Below are positions 38,045 through 50,070 of a DNA stretch of 64,000 bases, one piece after another. The position numbers and the translations under genes are program-made. The DNA lies in the NCBI GenBank assembly GCA_051362555.1, contig CM120643.1, forward strand, positions 6,200,001-6,264,000. Direction: 5' to 3'. The DNA comes from Lingula anatina (Eukaryota > Animalia > Brachiopoda). A model generated the notes under the pieces. It made no database searches. It worked only from the letters and a program-made list of their open reading frames with translations, and was not told the origin of the DNA. The first letter of the stretch is position 1, and every line of letters starts with the position of its first letter.

Positions 38045-39520
38045 ATTATTTGATATAGGTAAAAAAACTGTGATTGAAAATGGATATCAGCAAAGCATTA
38101 AAATTTTGACAGCATTTCTGTTTATTTGTGTTCGACAAGGATGAATTTAATTTAATTAGAATACCCCCTCTCTCTCTTTTTAAGCGAATATAAAGGAGAA
38201 AGCCGAGCGAAAAAAAATAATGCGCATAACAGTCAAAATATTCAGAAGTAAAAAATTCAGAGTTAAAAATCTTGTTGGCCACTACAGTTCCTCTTCATAG
38301 AGGATCACATGCAAAATTTTAAGGCAACTTGTGCAGATAAATATTATAACAGAATCAAACAAGTTAAAGGAAAGGGAGTTATTGAGTGTTGCACCGACAG
38401 ACAACTCACAACGTAAATAACAACAATAACAACAACAACAATATACAAGAAATATGGTAACGTGCATATCGGTAACGCAGTGGCCGATTAAGGTTTCTGA
38501 AAAATATACCGCACCAATATTACCCTCTTGAAATTAGAATTTTGTCTAACCTTTGTATATTTTTAATTGGAAAATCTACTTATTGATATTATTCCATTTT
38601 TTCACAAAAATTATTTGTTTTTCCTAAGAAAATAAAAGTGAAAGGGAAAAGATTAGAGGGAGAAAAAGAGCAACAATTGAACATACATATTTTCCCTCAA
38701 AATATCCTTTATTACAGTGAAATAATGAAGAACATATATACTATTGGCATGCATGTACCAAAAACAAAAAGACTTTCACTAGTATCTAAAAATGAAAATC
38801 AATATACAGGTATCTTCATACATAAAGAACAATGCACCACCTCCAAAAGAATTAACAAAATTTCAAGTATGGCATTACAGTATGGACAGACCTCTATTCA
38901 AACAAATAAAAAATACAGCAATAGAACAAAATATCTAATTTCCTTGATCTGAAAACAGTAAAGGAACGAATCTGACAAACTACACTGATATCATTTTATT
39001 TATGTCTTCTCATTAATAGCATATTCACAAAAATTGTATTCATATTGTCATTTTCATCCACACAAGTGGATGCATATGTTACAGTGAAATAAACTAAACT
39101 AAACTAAACTTAAATATTAACCCAAGCCAAAGGATAAGTAAATGACAAACACAAATATATAGTGTTCGAAATTTGGCCGGTAGCGGCCGCTTTTATTGAA
39201 AGGTCCCTCTATTAAAGAATGGTGTTAGATATTATATAGCATTAAAGAATGTTAATTAGTTAAAATTACGTAATGTTATCTCTTATAAATAAATATCAAA
39301 ACAAATAGTGCAAATATTTTCATTTGTGGGGTTGCAAAGAGGCCAAAAATTGCAACCAGAAAAAAAGAGTGGAAAATAAAAACCAAAATAGCATTTTTTA
39401 TTTCCATATCTTATTCTTTATTTCACAATACACGCTAACAGATTTACCATCATTTTAAAATAAACAACTAACAAAATTGTGAAGATGCAAAAAATGTCAA
39501 AAGACTATGTTTACATATGC

Positions 39521-39777
39521 AACTAAAAAAGCACTCAGAGAGTGCAGACCTCTGCCAAGTCAGCAAAGTCTCCACCCAATGCCGTTTCACCCCTAAATTT
39601 TCATTCTATAATGATGAAGTTTTTTTTATTTTTGATTATTGATTGATTATTGATTGATTATTGATCCGGATCACCACCAAAAACTATTCTTTGGCCCACT
39701 TCTGACAGTTCCTGAAAATTTCATCAAAATCGGTCCATAGCTTTTTGAGTTATGTGGATGACAGACAAACAGGTAAT
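39521..39777 (-). mobile_element. Second HINE-like family fragment
   Basis: AACTA..GCACTCAGAGAGTGC hairpin with ACCTCTGCCAAG, GATCCGGATCAC, AATTTCATCAAAATCGGTCCA..GAGTTAT, ACAGACAAAC. Confidence 0.6.
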
Positions 39778-40789
39778 TAGTTCAATAATGAGACGGTTAA
39801 CATGCCAAAGAATTGAAAATAGCATAGGTGACAGCAATGTACAGCCATGGCTGAAAATAAAAATCATATTTAAGTGAATGTTGCAATGGTATGCGACAAA
39901 TTTTCTTCCAGCCTTCTTAAAGCTTTTATATTTGTACAACATTAATAAAATTTCCACTTGAAGACGTCTATACAAATGTCACATGACATACAGTTTAAAG
40001 CCAGAAGGAAAAAGCATTATTATGTCTTGTATACTGTAAAATTAAAATTTATCTTCTACCCTTTTCTGAACCAAGACAACAGTTCTTGGAATGTTGAGTA
40101 CACCAAGGAAGCCAACACAGATATGTATTTCTAGGATAATGTATTAAAACAAACTGCAAAATGCTATTTTGGATTTTCATCTGGATTCTTAATTTCAACT
40201 CCGCTGTTACATTAACTAAGCTGTATCATTTTCCTCACATTTTTAAATACAACAAAAATATCATTATTACGGGTCAGATTATACTTGTCATGGAACTTTT
40301 TTGTTGGTTGTATTTGTCTTAGCACTTCTTCTAATTCAGTCCCTTAATCCAGTTAACATATGTGCTAACTACTACGTAATAATACAGTCTCATGGTTACG
40401 TCTTGCAATCTGTAAAGCCTACAGATTAATCAAGATTTTAAAAATCTGTTAACTGATTTCTTATTGTTAAATTAGCAACAAATAAACCAAATATTGGTAT
40501 GAGAGTTCTTTGAGGAATATTTTATGTGCAAGCATGTGGGCTAAAGTTTCTGCAAACAGAACATCAGCACAAACACTATATTCAAACAGGAGGACTGACT
40601 CTTTAATAGCGTAACATTTTATCTGGAATTATTTAGTAAACAGGAATTCCAATTCTTCATCAGAGTTGGAAAGCTTCACCCATAAAAGAACAAATATATT
40701 ATATGGGTTTAATATAACACTTCATAATAAAGTTCCATCATAACTACCAACATCTATTCTGCTTTGTGTGAGACATATTTCCTCTCGAC

Positions 40790-43700
40790 ACATGGATAAG
40801 ACAAAGTGCTGCTCTTGGTGCTGTCTTTCACTGCCTGCATTTTCATGGTAAGGGTACTCTGAAAAAAGAACAATATAACTGAAAAAAACTGAAAATTACA
40901 TTGGAAAGACTAGCAAATCCAAGGACTTAAAATAGTTAAACGTTAATAATTTTGTCAAATCTTGTCTAATATTTCTGAAATTTGTACAAATGATTCTTAA
41001 CAACAACAAGGCAGCAAAGCTGTCAAATGTACAGACAAAAAGCAGGAAATAACAATGTAGGCTACTGTCAATTCTGATGTAAAAGTACATTATGTTAAAC
41101 TGCAAATTCAACATCAAATTTTAATTATGCTCAACAGGTAATACCAATGTAAGTAAAATGTGTAACAAGCATAAGGCTTCAGGCCCATGGGAGTTCAAGT
41201 TCACACTTTGAAAATGTAAAACTTCCAGAAAAAGAAGTCAATTAGACTGCTTTTCCAACTCGAGCTGCATTTTAGTCCTGTGTTTCTTTTTTAAAAGTTT
41301 GACAATCATAAGTAATATGGTTTTCCCATGATGGTCATCATGGCAGCAATACCCAAAATTGTGTTTTCTTCTATTTTGATGCAATATTTCATAATGCTTA
41401 ACAGCATAAAGACCATCAGTTTTTAATAATAAAATATACGTATCGTATATATTTTATTATTGGATTGGATTTTCAGAAAATGTGACTAGCATGGGTCTTC
41501 AAGCCCAAGGTGGTTCTAAGTCACACCTTGAAATTGCCAATATGTGAAAAATTAAATTTTCACAAAAAACTGATTAACTGCCAGAAAAATTTACCAAATA
41601 GACTGCACTGCCTAATGAAACTGTATTTTAGTCCCATGTTTCTTTCCTGTAAGTTTGAGAACAATAAGTGACATGGTTTTCCTTAAATGGTCATCAAGGG
41701 AGCAGTGTCCAAAATAGGGGTTTCTTCAAATTTTGATGCAATATTACATAATGTTTAACAGGATAATACATGTAACCATCAATTTTTAATAATAAAATAT
41801 TAGTATCATGGATATTCAGAAAATGTGACTAGCAAAGGTCTTCAGGCCCATGGAACTTCAAAGTCACACCTCGAAAATGCCAAAATGTAGACAAGACAGC
41901 ACTGTCCTGAAATGCATTTTTTTCTATTTTTTAACAATTTTTAACATATAACAAAATTAACACTTTACTGCCATTTTTATATGATCAACTAAGAAAATTG
42001 ATGAGATGGGAAAAATATCAATGGAACAGTGTTTTTTGTCCAATTTCCTCCATTCTGAGTTTCTGAACATAGTGAATGAATGAATGAATCTGACAAACTG
42101 CAATGATAAGTTTATTTCCATTTTTGAAACTCTATTATACAATACATGATAACAAGCTTACCATCATTATTTCATAATCAACTAACAATGTTGTAAAGAT
42201 GCAGGAAATGTTAAACAAAGACTTTTACGTATCTTATTAGTTAAATAATGAGACTGTTAACATGCCTAAGAATTGAATCTGAGGAAATGTGAAACAAGAC
42301 AGTACTGTTATGAAATGCGTTTATTTCCATTTTTAACACTTTTTAACATAAAACAAAATTAACAGTTTACTGCCATTTTTATATGATCAACTAAGAAAGT
42401 TGATGAGATGTGAAAAATATCAATAGAACAGTGTCAAATGTCCAATTTCCTCCATTCTGAGTTTCTGAACATAATGAATGATTGAATCTTACAAACTGCA
42501 ATGATATGAGTTTATTTCCATTTTTGACACTTTATTACACAATACACCATAACAAGTTTACCATCATTTTTACATAATCAACTAACAATGTTGTAAAGAT
42601 GCAGGAAATGTCAAACAAACACTTTTATGTATCTTATTAATTAAATAATGAGACTGTTAACATGCCTAAGAATTGAATCTGAAGAAATGTGAAAAAACAG
42701 CATAACTTATAAAATAATGGCCCGATTATGCTGATTTTCGAACTTGACCTGCGTTTTAGTAAGATTGATTACTCCTGTGAGTTTCATGACAACAGGCCAA
42801 TCGGTTTTCTTTGAAATGTGTTAACAGTGTTGCATATATGCTGAAAAGTGAAAAAACAGCATAACTACTAAAATGGTGGCCCGATCATGCCGATTTTCAA
42901 ACTTGACCTGCGTTTTAGTAAGATTGATTACTCCTGTGAGTTTCATGACGACAGGCCAATCGGTTTTCTTCGAAATGTGTTAACAGTGTTGCATATATGC
43001 TGAAAAGTGAAAAAACAGCATAAATTCTACAATAATGGCCCGATCATGCTGATTTTCGAACTTGACCTGCGTTTTATGAATATTCATCAGCTCTGTAAAT
43101 ATAAAGCCAAAAAGTAAAACTGTCTTCCACTTATGATGTTAACGCTGAAAGTGCACAGCGACGGCGACGGCGACATGATCGGCGACGGCGACGACAGACG
43201 CAGGTGATGGCAATATGTACAGACACATCTGTGTCTGTACATAATAAAAATCTGTGATTAGATGATCTGTTGACTGTCTAATGAAAAGTGATTTTTGGGA
43301 CAGCAAATTTGGGAAAACTGAAATTTACATTGAAAAGACTGGCAAATCCCAGGACTTAATATAGTTAAACGTTAATAATTTTCTCAAATCTTGTCCAGTG
43401 TTTCTGAAATTTGTGCAAAAGATGCTTAACAAGAATAAAAATCTGTGATAAGCTGATCGAATGACTGTGTCTAATGAAAAGTGTCTTCTTGGGACAATAT
43501 CTTTGAAAAAACTGAAAAGTACACTGAAAAATCTGGCAAATTCCATGGCTTAAAATAGTTAAATGCTAATAATTTTGAAATGTGATTATAAAATAAAATA
43601 GCAAACGTGATGATTTGAGGTTGTTTGTGTAGGAGGTTGCAAATTACTTATAACTGTTATCTGGAAAACAATATATACCCAAACAAGACTTCTCCTTACT

Positions 43701-46700
43701 ATCAATGCCAGATGCAGATTACTCCTTACAATGGGTTTCTGGAATCGGTTGTTGTCATCACAACATTTGACAATGTCCTAAATCTTGCCACATATCATGT
43801 ATTGTACACATGGATAAGACATAGTGCTGCTCTTGGTGCTGTCTTTTGCTGCCTGCATCTTCATGGTAAGGGTGCTCTGGAAAAAGAACAATATAACTGA
43901 AAAAACTGAAAATAACATAGAAAACGCTGGCAAATTCCATGACATGAAATAGGTAAATGTTAATAATTTTTTTAAATCTTGTCCAATATTTTCAAAATTT
44001 GTACAAATGATGCTTAACAACAATAAAAATCTGTGATTAGATGATCTGTTGACTGTATCTAATGAAAAGTGTTTTTTGGGACAACATATTTGGGAAAACT
44101 GAAATTTACATTGAAAACACTAGCAAATCCCATGACTTAAAATAGTTAAACGTTAATAAAATTTTCAAATCTTGTCCAATATTTCTGAAATTTGTACAAA
44201 TGATGCTTAACAATAATAAAAATCTGTGATTAGACAATCTGTTGACTGTATCTAATGAAAAGTGTTTTTTGGGACAACGTATTTGGAAAAACTGAAATTT
44301 ACATTGAAAAGACTGGCAAATTCCATGGCTTATAATAGTTAAACGTTAATAATTTTGTCAAATCTCGTCCAGTGTTGCTGAAAATTGTACAAATGATGTT
44401 TAACAACAATAAAAATCTGTGATAAGCTGATCAAATGACTGTGTCTAATGAAAAGTATCTTCTTGCGACAATATCTTTGAAAAAACTGAAAATTACACTG
44501 AAAACACTGGCAAATGATGTTTAACAACAATAAAATAGTTAAATGTTAATAATTTTGCAATGTGAATATAAAATAAAATAGCAAATGTGATAACTTGAGG
44601 TTGTGTGTGTAAGAGGTTGCAAATTACCTATAACTGTTATCTGGAAAACAATATATACCCATACAAGACTTCTCCTTACTATCAATGCCAGATGCAGATT
44701 ACTCCTTACAATGGGTTTCTGGAATGGGTTGTTGCTATCACAGTATTTGACAATGTCCTAAATCTTGTCACATATCATGTATTGTACACATGGATAAGAC
44801 ATAGTGCTGCTCTTGATGCTGTCTTTCACTGCCTGCTTTTCCATGGTAAGGGTATTCTGGAAGAAGAAAAATATAACTGAAAAAACTGAAAATTACATTG
44901 AAAAGACTGGCAAATGCAATGAATTAAAATAGTTAATCGATAATCATTTTGTCAAATCTAGTCCAATATTTCTGAAATTTGTACAAATTATGCTTAACAA
45001 CAATAAAAATCTCTGATTAGATGATCTGTTGAATGTATCTAATGAAAAGTGTTTTTTTGGGACAACGTATTTGGGAAAACTGAAATTTACATTGAAAAGA
45101 CTGGCAAATTCCAGGACTTAAAATAGTTAAACGTTAATAATTTTGTAAAATATAATCCAATATTTCCGAAATTTGTACAAATGATGCTAAACAACAATAG
45201 AAATCTGTGATAAGATGATCTGTTGACTGTGTCTAATGAAAAGTCTTTTTTGGACAACATATTTTGGAAAACTGAAATTTACATTAAAAAGACTGGCAAA
45301 TCCCAGGACTTAAAATAGTTAAACGTTAATAATTTTGTCAAATCTACTCCAATATTTCTGAAATTTGTACAAATGATGCTTAACAACAATAAAAATCTGT
45401 GATAAGATGATCAGTTGACTGTCTAATGAAAAGTGATTTTTGGGACAGCAAATTTGGGAAAACTGAAATTTACATTGAAAAGACTGGCAAATCCCAGGAC
45501 TTAATATAGTTAAACGTTAATAATTTTCTCAAATCTTGTCCAGTGTTTCTGAAATTTGTGCAAAAGATGCTTAACAAGAATAAAAATCTGTGATAAGCTG
45601 ATCGAATGACTGTGTCTAATGAAAAGTGTCTTCTTGGGACAATATCTTTGAAAAAACTGAAAATTACACTGAAAAGACTGGCAAATTCCACGGCTTAATA
45701 TAGTTAAATGTTAATAATTTTGTCAAATCTTGTCCAGTGTTTCTGAAATTTGTACAAATGATGCTAACCAAAAATAAAAAATATGTGGTAAGATGATCTA
45801 TTGACTGTATCAAATGAAAAGTGATTTTTGGGACAATATATTTGGGAAAACTGAAATTTACATTGAAAAGACTGGCAAATCTCAGGACTTAAAATAGTTA
45901 AAAGTTAATAATTTTGCAATGTGATTATAAAATAAAATAGCAAATGTGATGATCTGAGGTTGTTTGTGTAAGACGTTGCAAATTACCTATAACTGTTATC
46001 TGGAAAACAATATATACCCATACAAGACTTCTTCTTACTATCAATGCCAGATGCAGATTACTCCTTACAATGGGTTTCTGGAAAGGGTTGATGTTATCAC
46101 AATATTTGACACTGTCCTAAATCTTGCCACATATCATGTATTGTACACATGGATAAGACATAGTGCTGCTCTTGGTTCTGATTTTCACTGCCTGCTTCTT
46201 CATGGTAAGGGAACTCTGGAAAAAGAACAATATAACTGAAAAAACTGAAATTTACATTGAAAAGACTAGCAAATGCAATGACTTAAAATAGTTAAACAAT
46301 AATCATTTTGTCAAATCTAGTCCAATATTTTCAAAATTTGTACAAATGATGCTTAACAACAATACAAATCTGTGACAAGATGATCTGTTGACTGTGTCTA
46401 ATGAAAAGTATTTTTTTGGACAACATATTTTGGAAAACTGAAATTTACATTGAAAACACTGGTAAAAGCCAGGACTTAAAATAGTTAAATGTTAATAATT
46501 TTGTCAAATCTTGTCCAATATTTCTGAAATTTGTACAAATGATGGTTAACAACAATAAAAATCTGTGATTAGATGATCTGTTGACTGTATCTAATGAAAA
46601 GTGTTTTTTGGGACACTTATTTGGGAAAACTGAAATTTACATTGAAAAGACTGGCAAATTCCATGGCTTATAATAGTTAAAAGTTAATATTTTTGTCAAA

Positions 46701-46955
46701 TCTAGTCCAATGTTTCTGAAATTTGTACAAATGATGCTTAACAACAATAAAAATTTGTGATAAGCTGATCAGTTGTCTGTCTTTTAAGTGTCAAGTTTAT
46801 GGGAAATTGACAATCAGAAGAGTGAGAAATAACCAAAACAAATATTTTAATATTGCAATGTATTATTTACTTTAAATAAAATAGAAAATGTGATGATTTG
46901 AGGTTGTTTGTGTAAGAGGTTGCAAATTCCCTATAACTGTTATCTGGAAAACAAC
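40790..46955. repeat. ~193-bp satellite array with periodic ~330-bp inserts, interrupted by a HINE
   Basis: aatctgtgat recurs at 44028, 44221, 44414 and on; insert blocks at ~43580-43900, 44560-44880, 45920-46240, partial at ~40790 and ~46860. Confidence 0.9.
41005..43242 (-). mobile_element. HINE family 1, complete ~2.2-kb copy, inverted relative to 32587-34385
   Basis: Both termini present; it splits a satellite unit ttaacaacaa|taaaaatctgtg. Confidence 0.9.
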
Positions 46956-47135
46956 CACCTGTTACACCTCAGGGGCTCCAGATCACTTAGAATGCCATCC
47001 CTGTATTTTATCATTACACATAGAACAAAGACTAAACTTTTTCACCTTTCTTTAAAATAAGTAAAATACTAGTAGTCTAAAATCATTTTTCCGTCTACAC
47101 AGGGATATATCATAATCCTTACTGATTTGTAATTA

Positions 47136-47243
47136 CAGGGTGAACCACAAAAAAAAAAAAATAAATAAAAAAATAAAAAATAAAAAATAAAAACTTAAAC
47201 TAAGGAGCAAAGTGAAATAGGTTGTTTTTTATGAACCACCCTG
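47136..47243. mobile_element. Tc1/mariner-type MITE
   Basis: ta|CAGGGTGAACCA...TGAACCACCCTG|ta. Confidence 0.7.
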
Positions 47244-47974
47244 TATACATTATATATTGACTGTATTGCCCTACCCCCTCTGAAAGTGTGACACCATTTT
47301 CTGTACTAACTCCAATAGTGTGAGGTTGGTCTCTCCTCCAGGACAGTCCCTGTCCTCATCACAGTACCTATTAGCAGGGAGACAGCCACCAGTGGAGCAG
47401 CAAAAATCTCCTCTCAAGTTGCTGGCAGACAGCCATTTTCATCAGTGACATTACCGTCATTACAGTGGTCTATTTCATCGCATACTTGAGCCTGTGTGAT
47501 GTAGCAGAAGTTTGCACATGTGAAAGATGAGAACAAGTTGGGAATGCTGGAACTGACAGTAGGTGACTACATACAACTTTTTCAATAGCAGTATATGAAT
47601 CAGCTGTGCAACAGTTTTTGAAATGGAAAAATATCTGTAATTTAAAAGCTGGAACTTAATTTTGTATCTTATTTTCTTACACAGAAGTTGAAATTTTCTG
47701 CATAAAATGAACCCATTACTTGTCCCTCAATTCATGAGTGTACTAAACTGACAAGCAATCTTTACAGCTTCATGAAGACCATTACCCAGTGCACTACCTG
47801 ACAACCCATTTCTTTGATATCCATCTTCATTCTAAGCAATACTTACTACACAATTCCTCATCACTGTTATCTCTACAATCATGGTTGTGGTCATATCTTC
47901 ATGACAATCGGAATAGGAAAAAAATTCTGTCGCATGATTTTGACGTTTGGACTAAGACTGGGTTTCCATCTGGA

Positions 47975-48157
47975 TCACTCCCTGGGGGTTCACGCTAAAT
48001 TGCTGTCAGCTTCCAGGAGCCGAGTGTGCACAAAAGTTAATTAACCCCTTACAGCTTTTAGTAGGCGGGACTGACATTTAAGTCGGCTAAGCTGACAGCA
48101 ATCTAGTGAGACTCCCCAGGGAGATAGATCGATCTAAATATCAGTGGGAATGGTCTC
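47975..48157. mobile_element. Harbinger-like MITE remnant
   Basis: tccctgggggttcacgctaaattgctgtcagctt / aagctgacagcaatctagtgagactccccaggga; ends GGGAATGGTCTC|TAA like the 29436 end. Confidence 0.55.
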
Positions 48158-48602
48158 TAAATGACTGAGCCTAGAAAAATTAATTTTATAATATAATTTT
48201 TTTGGTCAGATTAATTGGACCGGTCGAAATGCTTGGCACATTACCGCAAGGTGATATGGCGGCCATTATCACATACAAACTTATGTGGAGGACATGTGTG
48301 ATCCACTGGAAGACAATAAAAAACATCTTTAAAACAATCTACAGACTTTATTTTTAAGTGTCTTAAAACTGTTTCTTCAGTTTCTTTGACAAAGCAAAAA
48401 TTACCTAAGAGATTTACATTAAAATTCTTACATCAGTACAAATTCACCCAAATATATGAAAAACTTGCTGAAAGGCTGTGATCAAACAGCATTATAGATT
48501 CAAAAATTCACTAAAATATGAAAAGATCCAGAAGACGATGTGTTCTACCTAAGAGGATTTTAATAAATGAAACTTATGTTGTTATCTGACCATCTTTAAA
48601 AT

Positions 48603-48974
48603 TAGTCTGGAGTCATTGTGTTCCATTGTGGCAGTATAGTCCTGTGTCTCCTAGTACAGCGTAGTAGTCTGGAGTTATTGTGTTCCATTGTGGCAGTATA
48701 GTCCTGTGTCTCCTAGTACAGTGTAGTAGTCTGGAGTCATTGTGTTCCATTGTGGCAGTATAGTCCTGTGCCTCCTAGTACAGTGTAGTAGTCTAGAGTC
48801 ATTGTGTTCCATTGTGGCGGTATACTCCTGTGTCTCCTAGTACAGTGTAGTAGTCTGGAGTCATTGTGTTCCATTGTGGCAGTATAGTCATGTGCCTCCT
48901 AGTACAGTGTAGTAGTATGGAGTCATTGTGTTCCATTGTGGCGATATAGTCCTGTGCCTCCTAGTACAGTGTAG
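48603..48974. repeat. 62-bp minisatellite x6
   Basis: tagtctggagtcattgtgttccattgtggcagtatagtcctgtgtctcctagtacagtgtag, head to tail with no spacers. Confidence 0.95.
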
Positions 48975-49959
48975 TGTGGAGTCAGATGATGGACTGGAAA
49001 AGACAAAAAAGTCAATGACCAGGGTTTTTCCTCAAGATCCAGAATATTAGAATTACATCAAATAAACTGCAAAGAAATATTTAATAAAATAAATTTACCG
49101 AAAAAAGTGTTGTTGTAAGTCAACGCTCAAGCATACTGTACCAGCACTGATAATAAAGAGGTGGGTTTATAGTGCTTTCTGAAACTCCGGATGGTAGTGC
49201 TAGTTCACGTAAGTGGACACGCCATAGGAACTTTTAGTTGTTCATAGTTAAGTTCATATATTACTATTTCGACAGATGACTCAAAAGAAACAAGAAAATG
49301 GCCCACTTATAAATTATGTACGAAGGAATAACGTCAGTTCTTCATTTTATTGCCTCACCTTCATAAGGCATTGGGTAATTGCAGATGAAAAGGGAATGGC
49401 AAAACTGAAATAGATGACTGCGTGCAATCTTGCTAGATCTCCAAGATCTCTTTTAATCTGCAGCGTCAACATTCGGCAGCATTTTGTAAAAAAAATCTTC
49501 ACCAGCACATTGCATCGTGATGTGAACAGTGAACAACTGACACAGTCGATACCATATGTATCCGTCACTTTAGATGTCTCATCCTGAATTCACCGATTAA
49601 GTTTGTTAATAGAATCTATAACAAAACCATCTAAGAAAAGTGTCCTGATGTATGGTGAAACTCAGTGTGCAGAACGTTTGATGAAAAATCCGACTTTTCA
49701 TCGTCACCCTTTGCCTTGTCATATAAAATTGTTTAGTATAGATGGCGCTATGCAAGAGGTGAGACTTAAAATTTGTCGAGGACTGCGGCCAGTATCAGCA
49801 ACAGGTTCACCGCCTGCTTTCTAAGAAACTCGTGCGAGGAGGGAGAGAGTTCTGGAACCGCAACAAATATGACCAGGGTCCAGTCACTGTGATATATATT
49901 ACGATATATTGTGATTTCTATTTAGTAGAAAGACTCAAGGTCGAGAGCTTCAACGAAGC

Positions 49960-50015
49960 GTCAATCTGATTGGTTTAAAGTTAAGGAAACAATACAGGAA
50001 CCGTCCAATGAAATT
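49960..50015 (+). promoter_or_regulatory. Candidate promoter with two CCAAT boxes
   Basis: CTGATTGG ~49966 and TCCAATG ~50004, upstream of ATG 50071 and next to a CpG-richer patch at 49740-49870. Confidence 0.4.
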
Positions 50016-50070
50016 CCTTTATACAATAATTATTCCTGTTTATTGTTTTAGTAAACAAAGCAAAGAGACA

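Noticed and set aside
43625-46239. Three ~91-aa repeated ORFs in the satellite insert blocks
   Set aside because: TTG/GTG starts, no domain or splice signals; similarity is explained by recent duplication
48603-48974. Regular repeats as a CRISPR array (also 7041-7262 and 26235-26460)
   Set aside because: Units are head to tail with no unique spacers; no cas genes; eukaryotic context
49355-49720. Cys-rich, zinc-finger-like exon divergent from the micro-exon promoter
   Set aside because: Motif incomplete and frames broken; no family can be supported
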